NCBI RefSeq assembly: GCF_021869535.1
Contig: NW_026262581.1
Coordinates: forward strand, 86,800,001-86,864,000
Length of the DNA stretch: 64,000 nucleotides
Source: Mytilus californianus
Lineage: Eukaryota
Direction of reading: 5' to 3'
How positions within the stretch are numbered: position 1 is the first letter of the stretch; each line of letters opens with the position of its first letter. The position numbers and the translations under genes were made by a program. Below the pieces are notes generated by a model. The model was given only the letters and a program-made list of their open reading frames with translations, searched no databases and had not been told where the DNA came from. This document shows positions 1 to 12,500 of this stretch, one piece after another.

Positions 1-468
1 GTAGGTTATTTGTCCAAAAATTATATACTCGGAAGTAAAAAGCTGGTTATAGGAAAAAAGTCTGTTGGCTTAGAATTAATAAATTCTTCGTCATCTTTTT
101 TTAAAGTAAATCGTTAAAAACATAAATATTGTCCATTCATTATTTTTTCCTGAGCACCAGGAATAATCAAGTTTTTGTGAATAATTCATTTCCTGATTTT
201 GCTAAAGTCAGCTTACCAGCCTTAGGAAAATTTGTTCTTCCTTGAAACATCTCAATTAATGGTTTACCCATACTTACAACATCAATAATAATGAATCAAG
301 ACTAGGTGTACATTGCATAATTAAAAACCAACTAAAACTAAAAGGCAATACATAAATGACCTGTTGCCAGGGTTTATTGTTAAAAAATCAAAGTTCCAAA
401 TAAACTGGTGCATTACTTTTTGTAAATGTGTAAATTAACAGTAGATTTTTGTATAGGTTTATACATAC

Positions 469-597
469 TTCTCTTCCTGCATTATACTTTTGTCCATGAT
501 CAGTCCCATCAATCCTTTCAAAATGTTGTCAAATCTGTCACTAACTGTGTCAAACATATCAACTTCCATCATATCCAAAATAAATGGCTTGCCAAAT
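469..597 (-). CDS. IQANK1: IQANK1-like exon 13 (last exon visible)
   Basis: ttgttag acceptor, AA|gtatgt donor; FGKPFILDMMEVDMFD. Confidence 0.88.
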
Positions 598-3500
598 CTA
601 ACAAGATACACAAACATGTTTATTTTATCTGATATTCTAATATGACGTTCTTCTTTCGCTTTGTAAACTAAGCCATGTTCCGATAACAATAGAAAATTGA
701 TAACATGTGCTTAACAATTAAAAATGCAATGGCAGTTGTATTATGATCAACCAGAGTTCAAAGAGGACAATTTTGTTGGTGTTGCTCGCTAGGAAATTAA
801 ATAAAATCATTGTAAAAGTTAGTTTACATGTGTCTTTTCTTTTTTTAATTGTGAACTGATTTTTTTTTTTAACGTTGTGGCTTCATCAAATTAAAATGAC
901 TGTCTTTTGAACATGTCTTATATGTTAATTTTTAAGTTAAAAATTTCTAAATTTCCTATTAGAATCAAAATAATTCTATCATGCCTAGATCTTTGCTAAT
1001 TCAACATGGATAGCAGATGTGGATCCAGGATTTTGAAAAAGGAAGGCCCCTGACAAGCCAACATTTGGATTGATACTTGTAATAAACAGCTGCGCCATGA
1101 GCGCATGATACGCCCGTCGTCTTGTGTATGAATTTTTATGCAATAAGCATAAATAGTTTCTGACATACGGCGTGACATGCGAAAACCCCCTTTTTTTTTT
1201 ACAAAAAACTCAATATCTCTAAAATAAAATTTTGAATCAAAACCAAAAAGTATACAGATCTTAAGATTAATATAACTAAGAAGTGTGTAAAATTTTAAGC
1301 AATAATCATAAATCGTTTATGAGATACGGCGCGACATGTGAAAACCCCCCCTTTAAAAAAAAAAAAATCAATATCTCAAAAATAAAATTTTGAATCAAAA
1401 CCAAAAAGTATACAAATCTTTAGATTAATATAACTAAGAAGTGTGTAAAATTTTAAGCAATAATCATAAATCGTTTTTGAGATACGGCGCGACATGTGAA
1501 AAACCCCTCCCCCTTTTTTTACAAAATACTCAATAACTCAAAAATAAAATTTTGAATCATCACCAAAAAGTATACAGATCTTAAGATTAATATAACTAAG
1601 AAGTGTGTAAAGTTTTAAGCAATAATCATAAATTGTTTTTGAGATACGGCGCGACATGTGAAAAAAAACACACACCTGTTTTAGTTACTAAGTCCCGTAA
1701 CTCAAAAAGTTTTAATCTTATTTTCACCAAAAAGTATACAGATCGTTTGACCATCATAAGATACAACTATGTTAAGTTTCATGAAATTTGGATAAGTCAT
1801 TCTCAAGTTACGGTGTGACATGTTTACACCGGACAGACAGACGGACAGACAGACGGACAGACAGACGGACGGACGCCGGACATTTGTATACCATAATACG
1901 TCTTGTCAAAAATTTGACGGGCGTATAAAAAGTCAATGTATTTATCATATATGAAACTCCATAAGGGGGGAACGGGCCCCATACCCCCCTAAATCCACCT
2001 CAGGATAGGTATTACATTGGTCATTATTTTACACCTCGCTTACACTCGGTATAAAAATATAGACAAATATAAAGGGTACTAATGTTAAATTGAGCAGAGC
2101 ATTACATTGGTCATCATTTTACACCTCGCTTACGCTTGGTATAAAAATATAGACAAATATAATGGGTACTTATGTTAAATTGAGCAGAGCATTACATTGG
2201 TCATCATTTTACACCTCGCTTACGCTTGGTATAAAAATATAGACAAATATAATGGGTACTTATGTTAAAATGAGCAGAGAGCATGACAAGAAAGAATTAT
2301 TTCTTAATTGAAAAATCCCATCACAACTAAGTGGCTAAGGTGCACTGATATAATACTGTCCTTTACTCCATCATTTTGTCCTTCCCAAATATAACACTTG
2401 TGCATATTTTTTGTTATGCCTGCAGATACTTAGCAAATTTTTAATGTACTTTCAAAATATTCATCTATAGATCAATTTTGTTTTCCTTCTTGTCATTCTA
2501 TTTTTAAAATTACAGCCCTTGGATTTAAAAGAATTGTAGAAAGATTTTTGGATATTTGCTATTGTTTTAAGATGACTGATTTTAGTTACAAAACTAACTT
2601 AAGGTCTGATTTGATTTGGAAAAATTATTCAAATCATCAAAAAGAAAACTTTTTTTTAAAGTCATTTATCACGAGATAATCAAGGTTAATATTTACCTTA
2701 CAGCACCAAGAAGTGACAGCCGCACCTTGTCATCTTCCATCTGTTTAGGGCTAAGTGCATTCACACAGTTTGTGTCACGATATCTGAGAAAAGTTGCTGC
2801 CTGGCCTGTTCGATCAATTATTAAAGGCCATCTGGAAAAATGTTTTTAAATAAATTTCTATTAATCTCTTGAAATATAGCTAACTTTTAGCAAGAAAGAG
2901 CACTTAAATAAAAAATGTATGTGGTTTTAATGCTACGTATATTATAATAACTGTCAAAAAGAGGAAACAACATTATCCCTTAGAATTGTAAGGTATGAAT
3001 GGTGGGGAATCATGGCATTATTTTAGCTGTCATTCCATGAAATTCTTTACCAGGTTACATGTTTCTAATATGTGTATCCCTGTGTTAAAAATTTACATAC
3101 CGGTACTTAGCTTGCGTTTTATTCATGGTGTCACAAATAGCACTCTGATTTTCCACCAAGATTCAATGAAAACGGATGAATTTCTATCTAATTTTTGGAC
3201 AGGAAACGTAGAGTGTATTCGTCATCAAATAACATCTTTTAAAATAATGTTTATGAAATTTTACATATCTGACTTGAATATTTAGTTTGTCGATGCCTGC
3301 ACTCTATGTTTCCTAGGCCTTAAGATGATTTTCCACCAAAATTCAATGAAAACGGATGAATTTCTATCTAATTTTTGGACAGGAAAAGTAGAGTGTTTTT
3401 CGTCATCAAATAACATCTTTTAAAATAATGTTTGTTATAAAATTTTACATATCTGACTTGAATATTTAGTTTGTCAATGCCTACGCTCTATGTTTCCTAA

Positions 3501-6500
3501 GCTTTAAGATGGTTGAAATCCAGACTATTTGGTCAAATTTTGCAAAAATCTCTATTTTTTACCTAATTGGGATTTAAAAATCAACGCTTACAAATAAAAC
3601 TTTGACAAAAATAGTTCTATGTAACTTTCACACATGTCTTTTCAGCAACTTAAAACATTTTTTATCTTGAAAAATTGAACATTAATCGGGCCAAATATTA
3701 AAAGCTCCTTTATTAATTAGACTTACTTTCCAGAGTCTTTGATTTTATTTCCCACATCTCTAAATAAAACATCATCTAATTCTTTAACCAATACTTTGAG
3801 GCCAGGAAGATCATCTGGGTCCTCACCATCTAAAAATATGACAAGAAAATAAATCAGCAAATTAAAATCAATAACAAGAGATTGTATGGATAAAAATCAT
3901 GTAACTAAACAAAATTGACAAAGCAATATGAAATGCAAACTCATGCTTACTCTTAACATGCTTAAATAGAGAGAACAGTTATTAAAACTTGATATTCTGC
4001 TAAGCTAGCATAATCTCTATTGAGGTTATATGTTTTTGAATAGAAATCCTCTTGAACCTGCAATCATGAGTTGAGTCTTTTTATTACTAACAACATTGAA
4101 TATATATAAACAATCCTGCACATTTTTTTTTCTTATAGGGAAAGAAGGGGGGTTTCTTTAGCATATTATATACTATATAGTTATAGTAAGAATCTACCCA
4201 GCAGGGGCGGATCTAGCCATTTTTAAAAGGGGGTTTCAACCCCCTCCCCCTGGATCTAATCTTTGTCAATAAGTTCTCACCATCTCCACCTTTCTGTTGC
4301 TCCCTCAGTTTCAGCTTGGCTTGGGATAATTTATCTCTGGACTTTTCGGTGTTCATCTTTAATATTTCTACTTCAGTTTCAGCATCTTGTATGGCCTAGT
4401 TAATTAACAGTTAATTAGAAATTACAGATACAGAACATTATATTTAAAGCATATGTTGCTTTGGATGAACCAAAATATAATTTAACAAGAATGTGTCCAT
4501 AGTACATGGATGCCCCACTCGCATTATCATTTTCTATGTTCAGTGGACCGTGAAATTGGGATAAAAACTCTAATTTGTCATTAAAATTAGAAAGATCAAT
4601 TAATAGGGAACATGTGTACTAAGTTTCAAGTTGATTGGACTTCAACTTCATCAAAAACTACCTTGACCAAAAACTTTAACCTGAAGTGGAACAGACAGAC
4701 AGACGGACGGACGGACGAACGGACGGACCAACTGACGGACTAACGCACAGACCAGAAGACATAATGCCCCTTCTACTATCATAGGTGGGGCATTAAAATA
4801 ATGTTATTATCATTGATAGTATAAAATATAAACACAAAACAAACATGTTACACACAAACTCAAACAAGTATTAACTAATTGTCTTGCATCTAAACAGTTC
4901 AAATTGAATTTTATTATTACAGTTAATTTAACACTTGTTAAGTATTGAATTCAATTACTTTGGTGAACCATCTTCAGTCAAATGACTGTACTTTAAATTT
5001 ACAGAGAGTTTCACCAAAGAAATTTGGGTATTTTAACTCCATATATTTTTTTTAAACAACTCACCCTTTGCCAGAAAATTAATCATTTATATTATTATGC
5101 ATGTCAATGATTTACAATTTAAGTGCTTTGCAAGAACATCAATCATTCATATCATTAAACATTTAAATGATTATGGTTGTAAATGATATGTATGTGCCAG
5201 ATATCATAAAAGTGATAACACATACTATATTGAAAGTTTAACATTCAATCGTGATATTGGTAATACAATACTTTCAGAACAGATCAGCATTTTAAGAAAT
5301 TTGATGATAAGATTTAAAGGTTTGTTTAGAATAAAAGTTAATATCAAATTTGGTTGTAAAAGATCCATGGCTAGGATGTTGTTTATAGCAACCTTCCAAA
5401 TAAGAGTGAAACATGTTTCTTAATTGTCCATTACCTTTCCTCAGATTGTCTACCTCCTTCTGCTATTTCATAATTTAAAAGAAAAAGCCTACCTGCACCA
5501 ATATTTCAGGCCTATTAAATCCTTCTGCAACAGCATTATCATGTTCTGAAATTCTTTTCTCTAATTCACAGTAAGCATGATTCAGCTGAAATACAAAATT
5601 AAATTTAAGTTCACAACATAGATTTGACTCAATTATCTTGTATAGAAAAGAAACTTACTAGTAATTATTTTTTTTTATGACAAAAGCTAACAAACACAAA
5701 CTTAATTACTAGAGAGAAATCAGGCAAAAAATAGATAAATGAACATCATCACACGGCTTCTAAATTGATTTATTTTTAAAATGATATATTTTCATGTCAG
5801 ATTGAAATGATTCCAGTTGTCTTACATTACTGTATTTCTGCCTGAATTTCAGTTAGCTAGAAGATGTACTTGGAAAAAAATTGTTTGCAAAACTAAGTTC
5901 AAGGTATATAATTAAGTTAATATCAACCTGTTTCTGCATAACATCATATTCCTGCTGGGTTATCTCCACTTGTTTCTCTAAGCTAAAAATATTGATATTG
6001 AATCATGATTGTTGTTAAAAATCATTCTCATTTACTTGTATATTTTTTTTCTCTCTTTTGATTATAAATATCAGAATTTCAAATACCTTATGATAAGCTG
6101 TTGCTACTATTGATTCATTTAACATTCATCATTATTATGGATAAAACTCTTAACTCAAACACTCTCAACAATAACTGGAAATTGTAGTTTTTAAAACCGT
6201 TAAAATAATGCCAATCTGTTCACATATATTAACATTATAGAAATGAAACAAAATGCATAATTATAGAAATTTTCATACCATAATAAAATACCAAAATAAA
6301 ACAGGAGGAATTACCACCATCTATAATTTTCTAGCAATTTTTGTCACCAATTGATGAGTTAAAAGACAAGTTGCAATGTGAGCTATTGCTCACTAATGCA
6401 AGACACAGCTATAAGTATTCCTTAAACAGGAAGTTGATGAGCTATGAGTGTGAAAAAGCATCAACCAGTATAGAATGCTTACATAAAGCTTGGTACCAAA

Positions 6501-9500
6501 TTTCAGGAAGCTTTGATTCATAGTTCTCACATGAATCTTGATGTCAAATTTCAGGAAGATCTGATTCATAGTTCTCACATGAAGCTTGAAATCAAATTTC
6601 AGGAAGCTCTGATTCATAGTTCTCACATGAAGCTTGATATCAAATTTCAGGAAGCTCTGATTCATAGTTCTCACATGAACCTTGATGTCAAATTTCAGGA
6701 AGATCTGATTCATAGTTCTCACATGAAGCTTGATATCAAATTTCAGGAAGCTCTGATTCATAGTTCTCACATGAAGCTTGATGTCAAATTTCAGGCAGAT
6801 CTGATTCATAGTTCTCACATGAAGCTTGATGTCAAATTTCAGGAAGTTCTGAAGCTCTGATTCATAGTTCTCACATGAAGCTTGATGTCAAACTTCAGGA
6901 AGATCGGATTTGTAGAAAAATGTGATGAAAATTTCATGCACTGATAAATCAAACAAGACCAGGGTAAAACTAGTAAAAAATACTAACATGGATTCCTCTG
7001 CAGCCCTCCTCTGTTTAACCTCCTCCAATCTTTTCTCCTTTTCAGTCTCAAGTTTCTCCAACAATACTTCTGTTTGACTGATGTCCCATTCTTTTAATAA
7101 CTGAATAACAGCTGCTAATGAGGCTACCTGAAAGTTCAAATAAATACTCAGTACAACAACCAGCAAGGGCCTAAAATAAATACTCAGTACACCAACCAGC
7201 AAGGGCCTAAAATAAATACTCAGTACACCAACCAGCAAGGGCCTAAAATAAATAAACTCAGTACACCAACCAGCAAGGGCCTAAATAAATAAATTCAGTA
7301 CACCAACCAGCAAGGGCCTAAAATAAATAAACTCAGTACACCAACCATCAAGAGCCTAAAATAAATAAACTCAGTACACCAACCAGCAAGGGCCTAAAAT
7401 AAATAAACTCAGTACACCAACCAGCAAGGGCCTAAAATAAATAAACTCAGTACACCAACCAGCAAGGGCCTAAACTAAATAAACTCAGTACACCAACCAG
7501 CAAGGGCCTAAAGTATTTACAAAGTTGATTCTCATCATTTCAATGATGGAGATATCTACAAACTCCATAATTATCAAATTTCATATATACAGATATAAAT
7601 CTTCGTTTACCACATTCTCACAATCATATTTTTTATCTTTTTTTCCCTGTGTGATCATTTTTAAAATCTATTCATTTGCATATATAAGAGCATATTATTT
7701 GTATTAAATACAAATCAAAGCTTTTCAATACAGAAATTTCTTATGGACATGCCGTTTACTATAAGCATGTAGACATATTACATAAGATTTGTATGTAATC
7801 AAGATTTTGATTTTGATATGGATGCTTCTGACATACCTGTTCAGGATTTTGTCCATCACTTGCATATATTCTGGGGTCAGCGCCATTCTGTAGTAGCATC
7901 TAAAATTATGGATAATAAATATAGATTAAACTGACCACATGAATTAGTCTGTTATTGTACATGCACATCATTTCTTAAACATCAGAACTTGTCTTTTTTA
8001 TCTTTCAAAGATATTGTGATCTTTCAACTAGTTTCAAGACAGATGGCCTTGGTTGAAAATAAAGAAATTATGATTCTGAAACACGACAGAATTCAGATGA
8101 TCTAAGCCTTCTTTTGTTTCAAGTAGACTAGCTTTTTCAGGGAAATAATGTACTCAGGTAATTGCTATCCCACAAGGTCCTTTGTAAAAATTTGTTCTGT
8201 GGCAACAAGCATATCGATTTAATACCCACATTTTCATCAGAAACAACAATTTAAATAAAATTTTAGCATTTTGTCATTAATTGTGAATTCCGGAATCAGA
8301 GGAGCATGATTTCATGGAAAGAGCATTTTATTGTCGTCGGCTGAAGTTGTAGCACATAAAACCAATGTCAAATTCTATCTTCCCTCCCTTTTTGTAAATG
8401 ATTAATATTTAATGCTGGATTCCAAAATTAAGATGTTGATTTTCATGTTGAAATAATTTGCATTTAATTTCTGTTAAACTAAGGAAGAATTCTAGAAAAT
8501 CTAATCTAAATTTTTTATTTGTGCCAGGAATATACTGTACAATTCTATTATTACGTAGGCATAGGACAACATCATGTCTTCTTGTACTGTTATGATATTG
8601 CTGTATGAAATATACTCTGAAGTACAACTGGTGGTTTTCAATATGGTCATATTGTCTAAACAAATCTGTTTTTTACTGTGCATATTCAAATACCAATTGC
8701 TAAAAAGTTTCACCTGATTGCAGTTGGAATTAAGCTCTCCAACCTGATCAACTGGGGAAGGATTTTAGCTCATTGCTTAATTGAAAGGTTGTTAATATGA
8801 AGCAAAGTGCAAAGTAATAACAAGAGTGCACATGCTGAAATGTCTAGCCATCTTTAATAACCATTAATATTATGTTGATAGTCCTAAATATAAAGCTTTA
8901 CTACAACTATCACATAAACTTAACATGATCCAAGAAAATGAGGTCAAGGTCAGATAAACCAAACTGGAAATACATGTACACCTTACAATTATTCCATACA
9001 CCAAATATGCTTTAAATATAGTTGACCTATATATTGCACATCTAAGAAACAAACTTAACCAGGAAAACTTAACATGAAAATGAGGCCAAGGTCAGATGAA
9101 TCCTGCCAGACAGACATGTACACCTTACAATCATTACATGGTTTTAATATAGTTGACCTATTGCATATAGTATCTAAGAAACAAACTTAACCAGAAAAAC
9201 TTAAGACTGACCAAGAAAATTAGGTCATGTCAGATGATAATTGCCAGACAGACATATACACCTGACAATCAATCCATACACCAAATATAGTTGACCTATT
9301 GCTTATAGTATTAGAAAAACAGACCAAAACACAAAAAACTTAACATTGAGCAATGAACCGTAAAAATGAGGTCAAGGTTAAATAAAACATGACGGACTGA
9401 CATGTACATTGTAAAATATTTTCATGCACCAAATATAGTTGACCTATTGCATACAGTATAAGTAAAACAGACCAAAACACAAAATCTTAACTTTAACCAC

Positions 9501-12500
9501 TGAACCATGAAAAAGAGGTCAAGGTCAGATGACACCCGCCAGTTGGACATGTACACCTTACAATCATTCCATACACCAAATATGGTTGACCTATTGCTTA
9601 ATAGTATTAGAAAAACAGACCAAAACACAAAAAACTTAACATTGAGCAATGAACCATAAAAATGAGGTCAAGGTCAAATAAAACATGACGGACTGACATG
9701 TACACTGTAAAATATTTGCAAACACCAAATATAGTAGACATATTGCTTACAGTATCTGAGATATGAACTTGACCATGAAATCTCAACCTTGTTCACTGAT
9801 CCATGAAATGAGGTTGAGGTCAAGTGAAAACTGTCTGACGGGCATGAGGACCTTGCAAGGTACGCACATACCAAATATAGTCATCCTGTTACTCATAATA
9901 AGGGAGAAATTAAGATTACTAAAAATCTTAACTTTTTTTTCAAGTAGTCACTGAACCATGAAAATGAGGTCAAGGACAATGGACATATGACAGACGGAAA
10001 CTTCATAACATAAGGCATCTATATACAAAGTATGAAGGATCCAGGTCTTCTACCTTCTGAAATATCTAGCTTTTAAGAAGTTTGTTAACGCCACTGTGGC
10101 CGCCACTGCTGGATTACTATCCTTATGTGGAGCTTTCTGCAACAGAAGTCGCAGGCTCAACAAAAATCATTCTTATGATTAAGTTTCTGTGTTGTGAAAT
10201 TTAAAAAAATGAACATCTACAAATAACTTTTTATATATGTTTGAAGGAATAAAATCAGTTTTTATGTTTTTGTCTAAATTGATGCTTATGCAACTTTAAA
10301 GGGAAACAATTTACATTGTAATTTGTATATAATCAGCAGAATCATTATATGTTCCATCAACTATCAACTTCATCATAATGACATTTTATAAGTCATTGTC
10401 CTAAACATTGTTTCCATGGTTATTAAACTATTATCAGAAAAGAACGCTGAAATTCATTTGTTAGATAAAAAAGTTGAAAACATTTATTTAAAGGGACACA
10501 ATCAAAGTTGTATTCTGCTGATTATGAGTAATTGTTTGTTTACATTTTACCAAAAAATGTTTTACTCCAAGATGGTACTCAGAATAGAATCTTGTACACC
10601 TCCTTGGAAAATACTGTACTGGAATTACTTTTAATCAAAAGTTAATCCATTTAGGTTTAAAAAATCCAGAAAATCAACTTAATTTTTGCACATAGGAGAC
10701 ATTAAAAAATTGACTTTTTCATTAAGTGAAAAAAAAAATATTTGTTTTTCAACTCCATTTTAAGTCAACTTTTAACTCTGCGATGATGACCATATATATT
10801 TTCTTGGCTGTTATACCAAGCTGACATTTCTAGTAACAGGAACTGCTACCCATTTTTTTTTAGTTTGTGTAGTCTTCAAGAACTACATGTATAATATGAA
10901 AGACTACTGCATGGTACCCTATGGAAAATGCATTACCAATAATTTCGCTTTTGTAACCTTATATACAATGTAAATTATTTCCCCTATAATATCAGCAGAT
11001 ATGGTATTGCTGTTTTGTGTGTACTTGTAATTTTGTTATACATTATACTGTTATTATAGAGTTCAGTATTTTTCCTGTACTAATTTCTATTTTACATTGA
11101 ATAATAAAACCTTTGTTATTTCACTAAGGGAGATTAACAAGAGTGCACACGCTGAAATGTCTCGCCTACTATACTGACCATTGATTTTATGTTGATAGTC
11201 CTACATATAAATTTTTACTACAAGTATCACATTAACATTTATGATCCAAGAAAATGAGGTCAAGGTCAGATAAACCAAGCCGTAAATACATGTACACCTT
11301 TAATACAATCCCTCCATTCACAGAATATAGATGACCTATTGCTTATAGTATAAAAGAAACAGACCAAACCATGGAAATTCTATATTGACCAATGAACCAT
11401 GAAAATGAAGTCAAGGTCATTTGAACCCTGCCAGACAGACATGTACACATTAAAATCATTCCAAATATAGTTGACCTATTGCTTAAGGTATCTAAGAAAA
11501 AAATTTAACCAGGAAAACTGAATATTGACCAATCAACCATGAAAATGAGGTGAAGGTCAGATGATAACTACCAGACAGACATATACACCTTACAATCATT
11601 CCATACACCAAATATAGTTGACCTATTGCATTAAAGTGTAAGAAAAACAGTCCAAAACACAAAAACTTAACATAAGCAATGAACCATGAAAATGAGGTCA
11701 AGGTCAAATAAAACCTGCCAGACTGACATGTACATCATTAAATATTTCCATACACCAAATATAGTTGACCTACTGCATACAGTATAAGGAAAACAGACCA
11801 AAACACAAAAACTTAACATTTAGCAATGAACCTTGAAAATGAGGTCAAGTTCATATAAAATATGCCAGACTGACATGTACATCGTAAGATATTTCCATAC
11901 ACCAAATAAAGTTGACCTACTGCATACAGTATTAGAAAAACAGACCAAAACACAAAAACTTAACATTGAGCAATGAACCGTGAAAATGAGGTCAAGGTCA
12001 AATAAAACTTGCCAGACTGACATGAACATCGTAAAATATTTCCATACACCAAATACAGTTGACCTATTGCATACAGTATTAGAAAAACAGACCAAAACAC
12101 AAAAACTAAACTATGACCACTGAACCATGAAAATGAGGTCAAGGTCAGATGGCACCTGCCAGTTGGACATGTACACCTTACTATATATCATTACATACAC
12201 CAAATATAGTAGACCTATTGCTTATAGTATCTCAGATATGGACTTGACCACGAAAACTTAACCTTGTTCACTGATCCATGAAATGAGGTCGAGGTCAAGT
12301 GAAAACTGTCTGACGGGCATGAGGACCTTGCAAGGTACGCACATACCAAATATAGTTATCCTATTACTTATAATAAGAGAGAATTTAACATTCCAAAAAA
12401 TCTGAACTTTTATTTCAAGTAGTCACTGAACCATGAAAATGAGGTCAAGGACATTGGACATGTGACTGACGGAAACTTCGTAACATGAGACATCTATATA

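Larger units (their letters stand above)
735..2312. mobile_element. Non-autonomous element with a long hairpin end (family unassigned), interrupted by nested insertions; second uninterrupted copy at about 31217-31600
   Basis: 735-1013 plus 2004-2312 align to 31217-31600 (aaataattctatcatgcc...gcatg(g/a)...gaattatttcttaa inverted arms); internal 90-bp unit x3 at 2011-2280. Confidence 0.65.

Noticed and set aside
6393-6860. 141-aa and 115-aa ORFs on opposite strands
   Set aside because: They are translations of a 48-bp minisatellite inside an IQANK1 intron, with no splice or start context.
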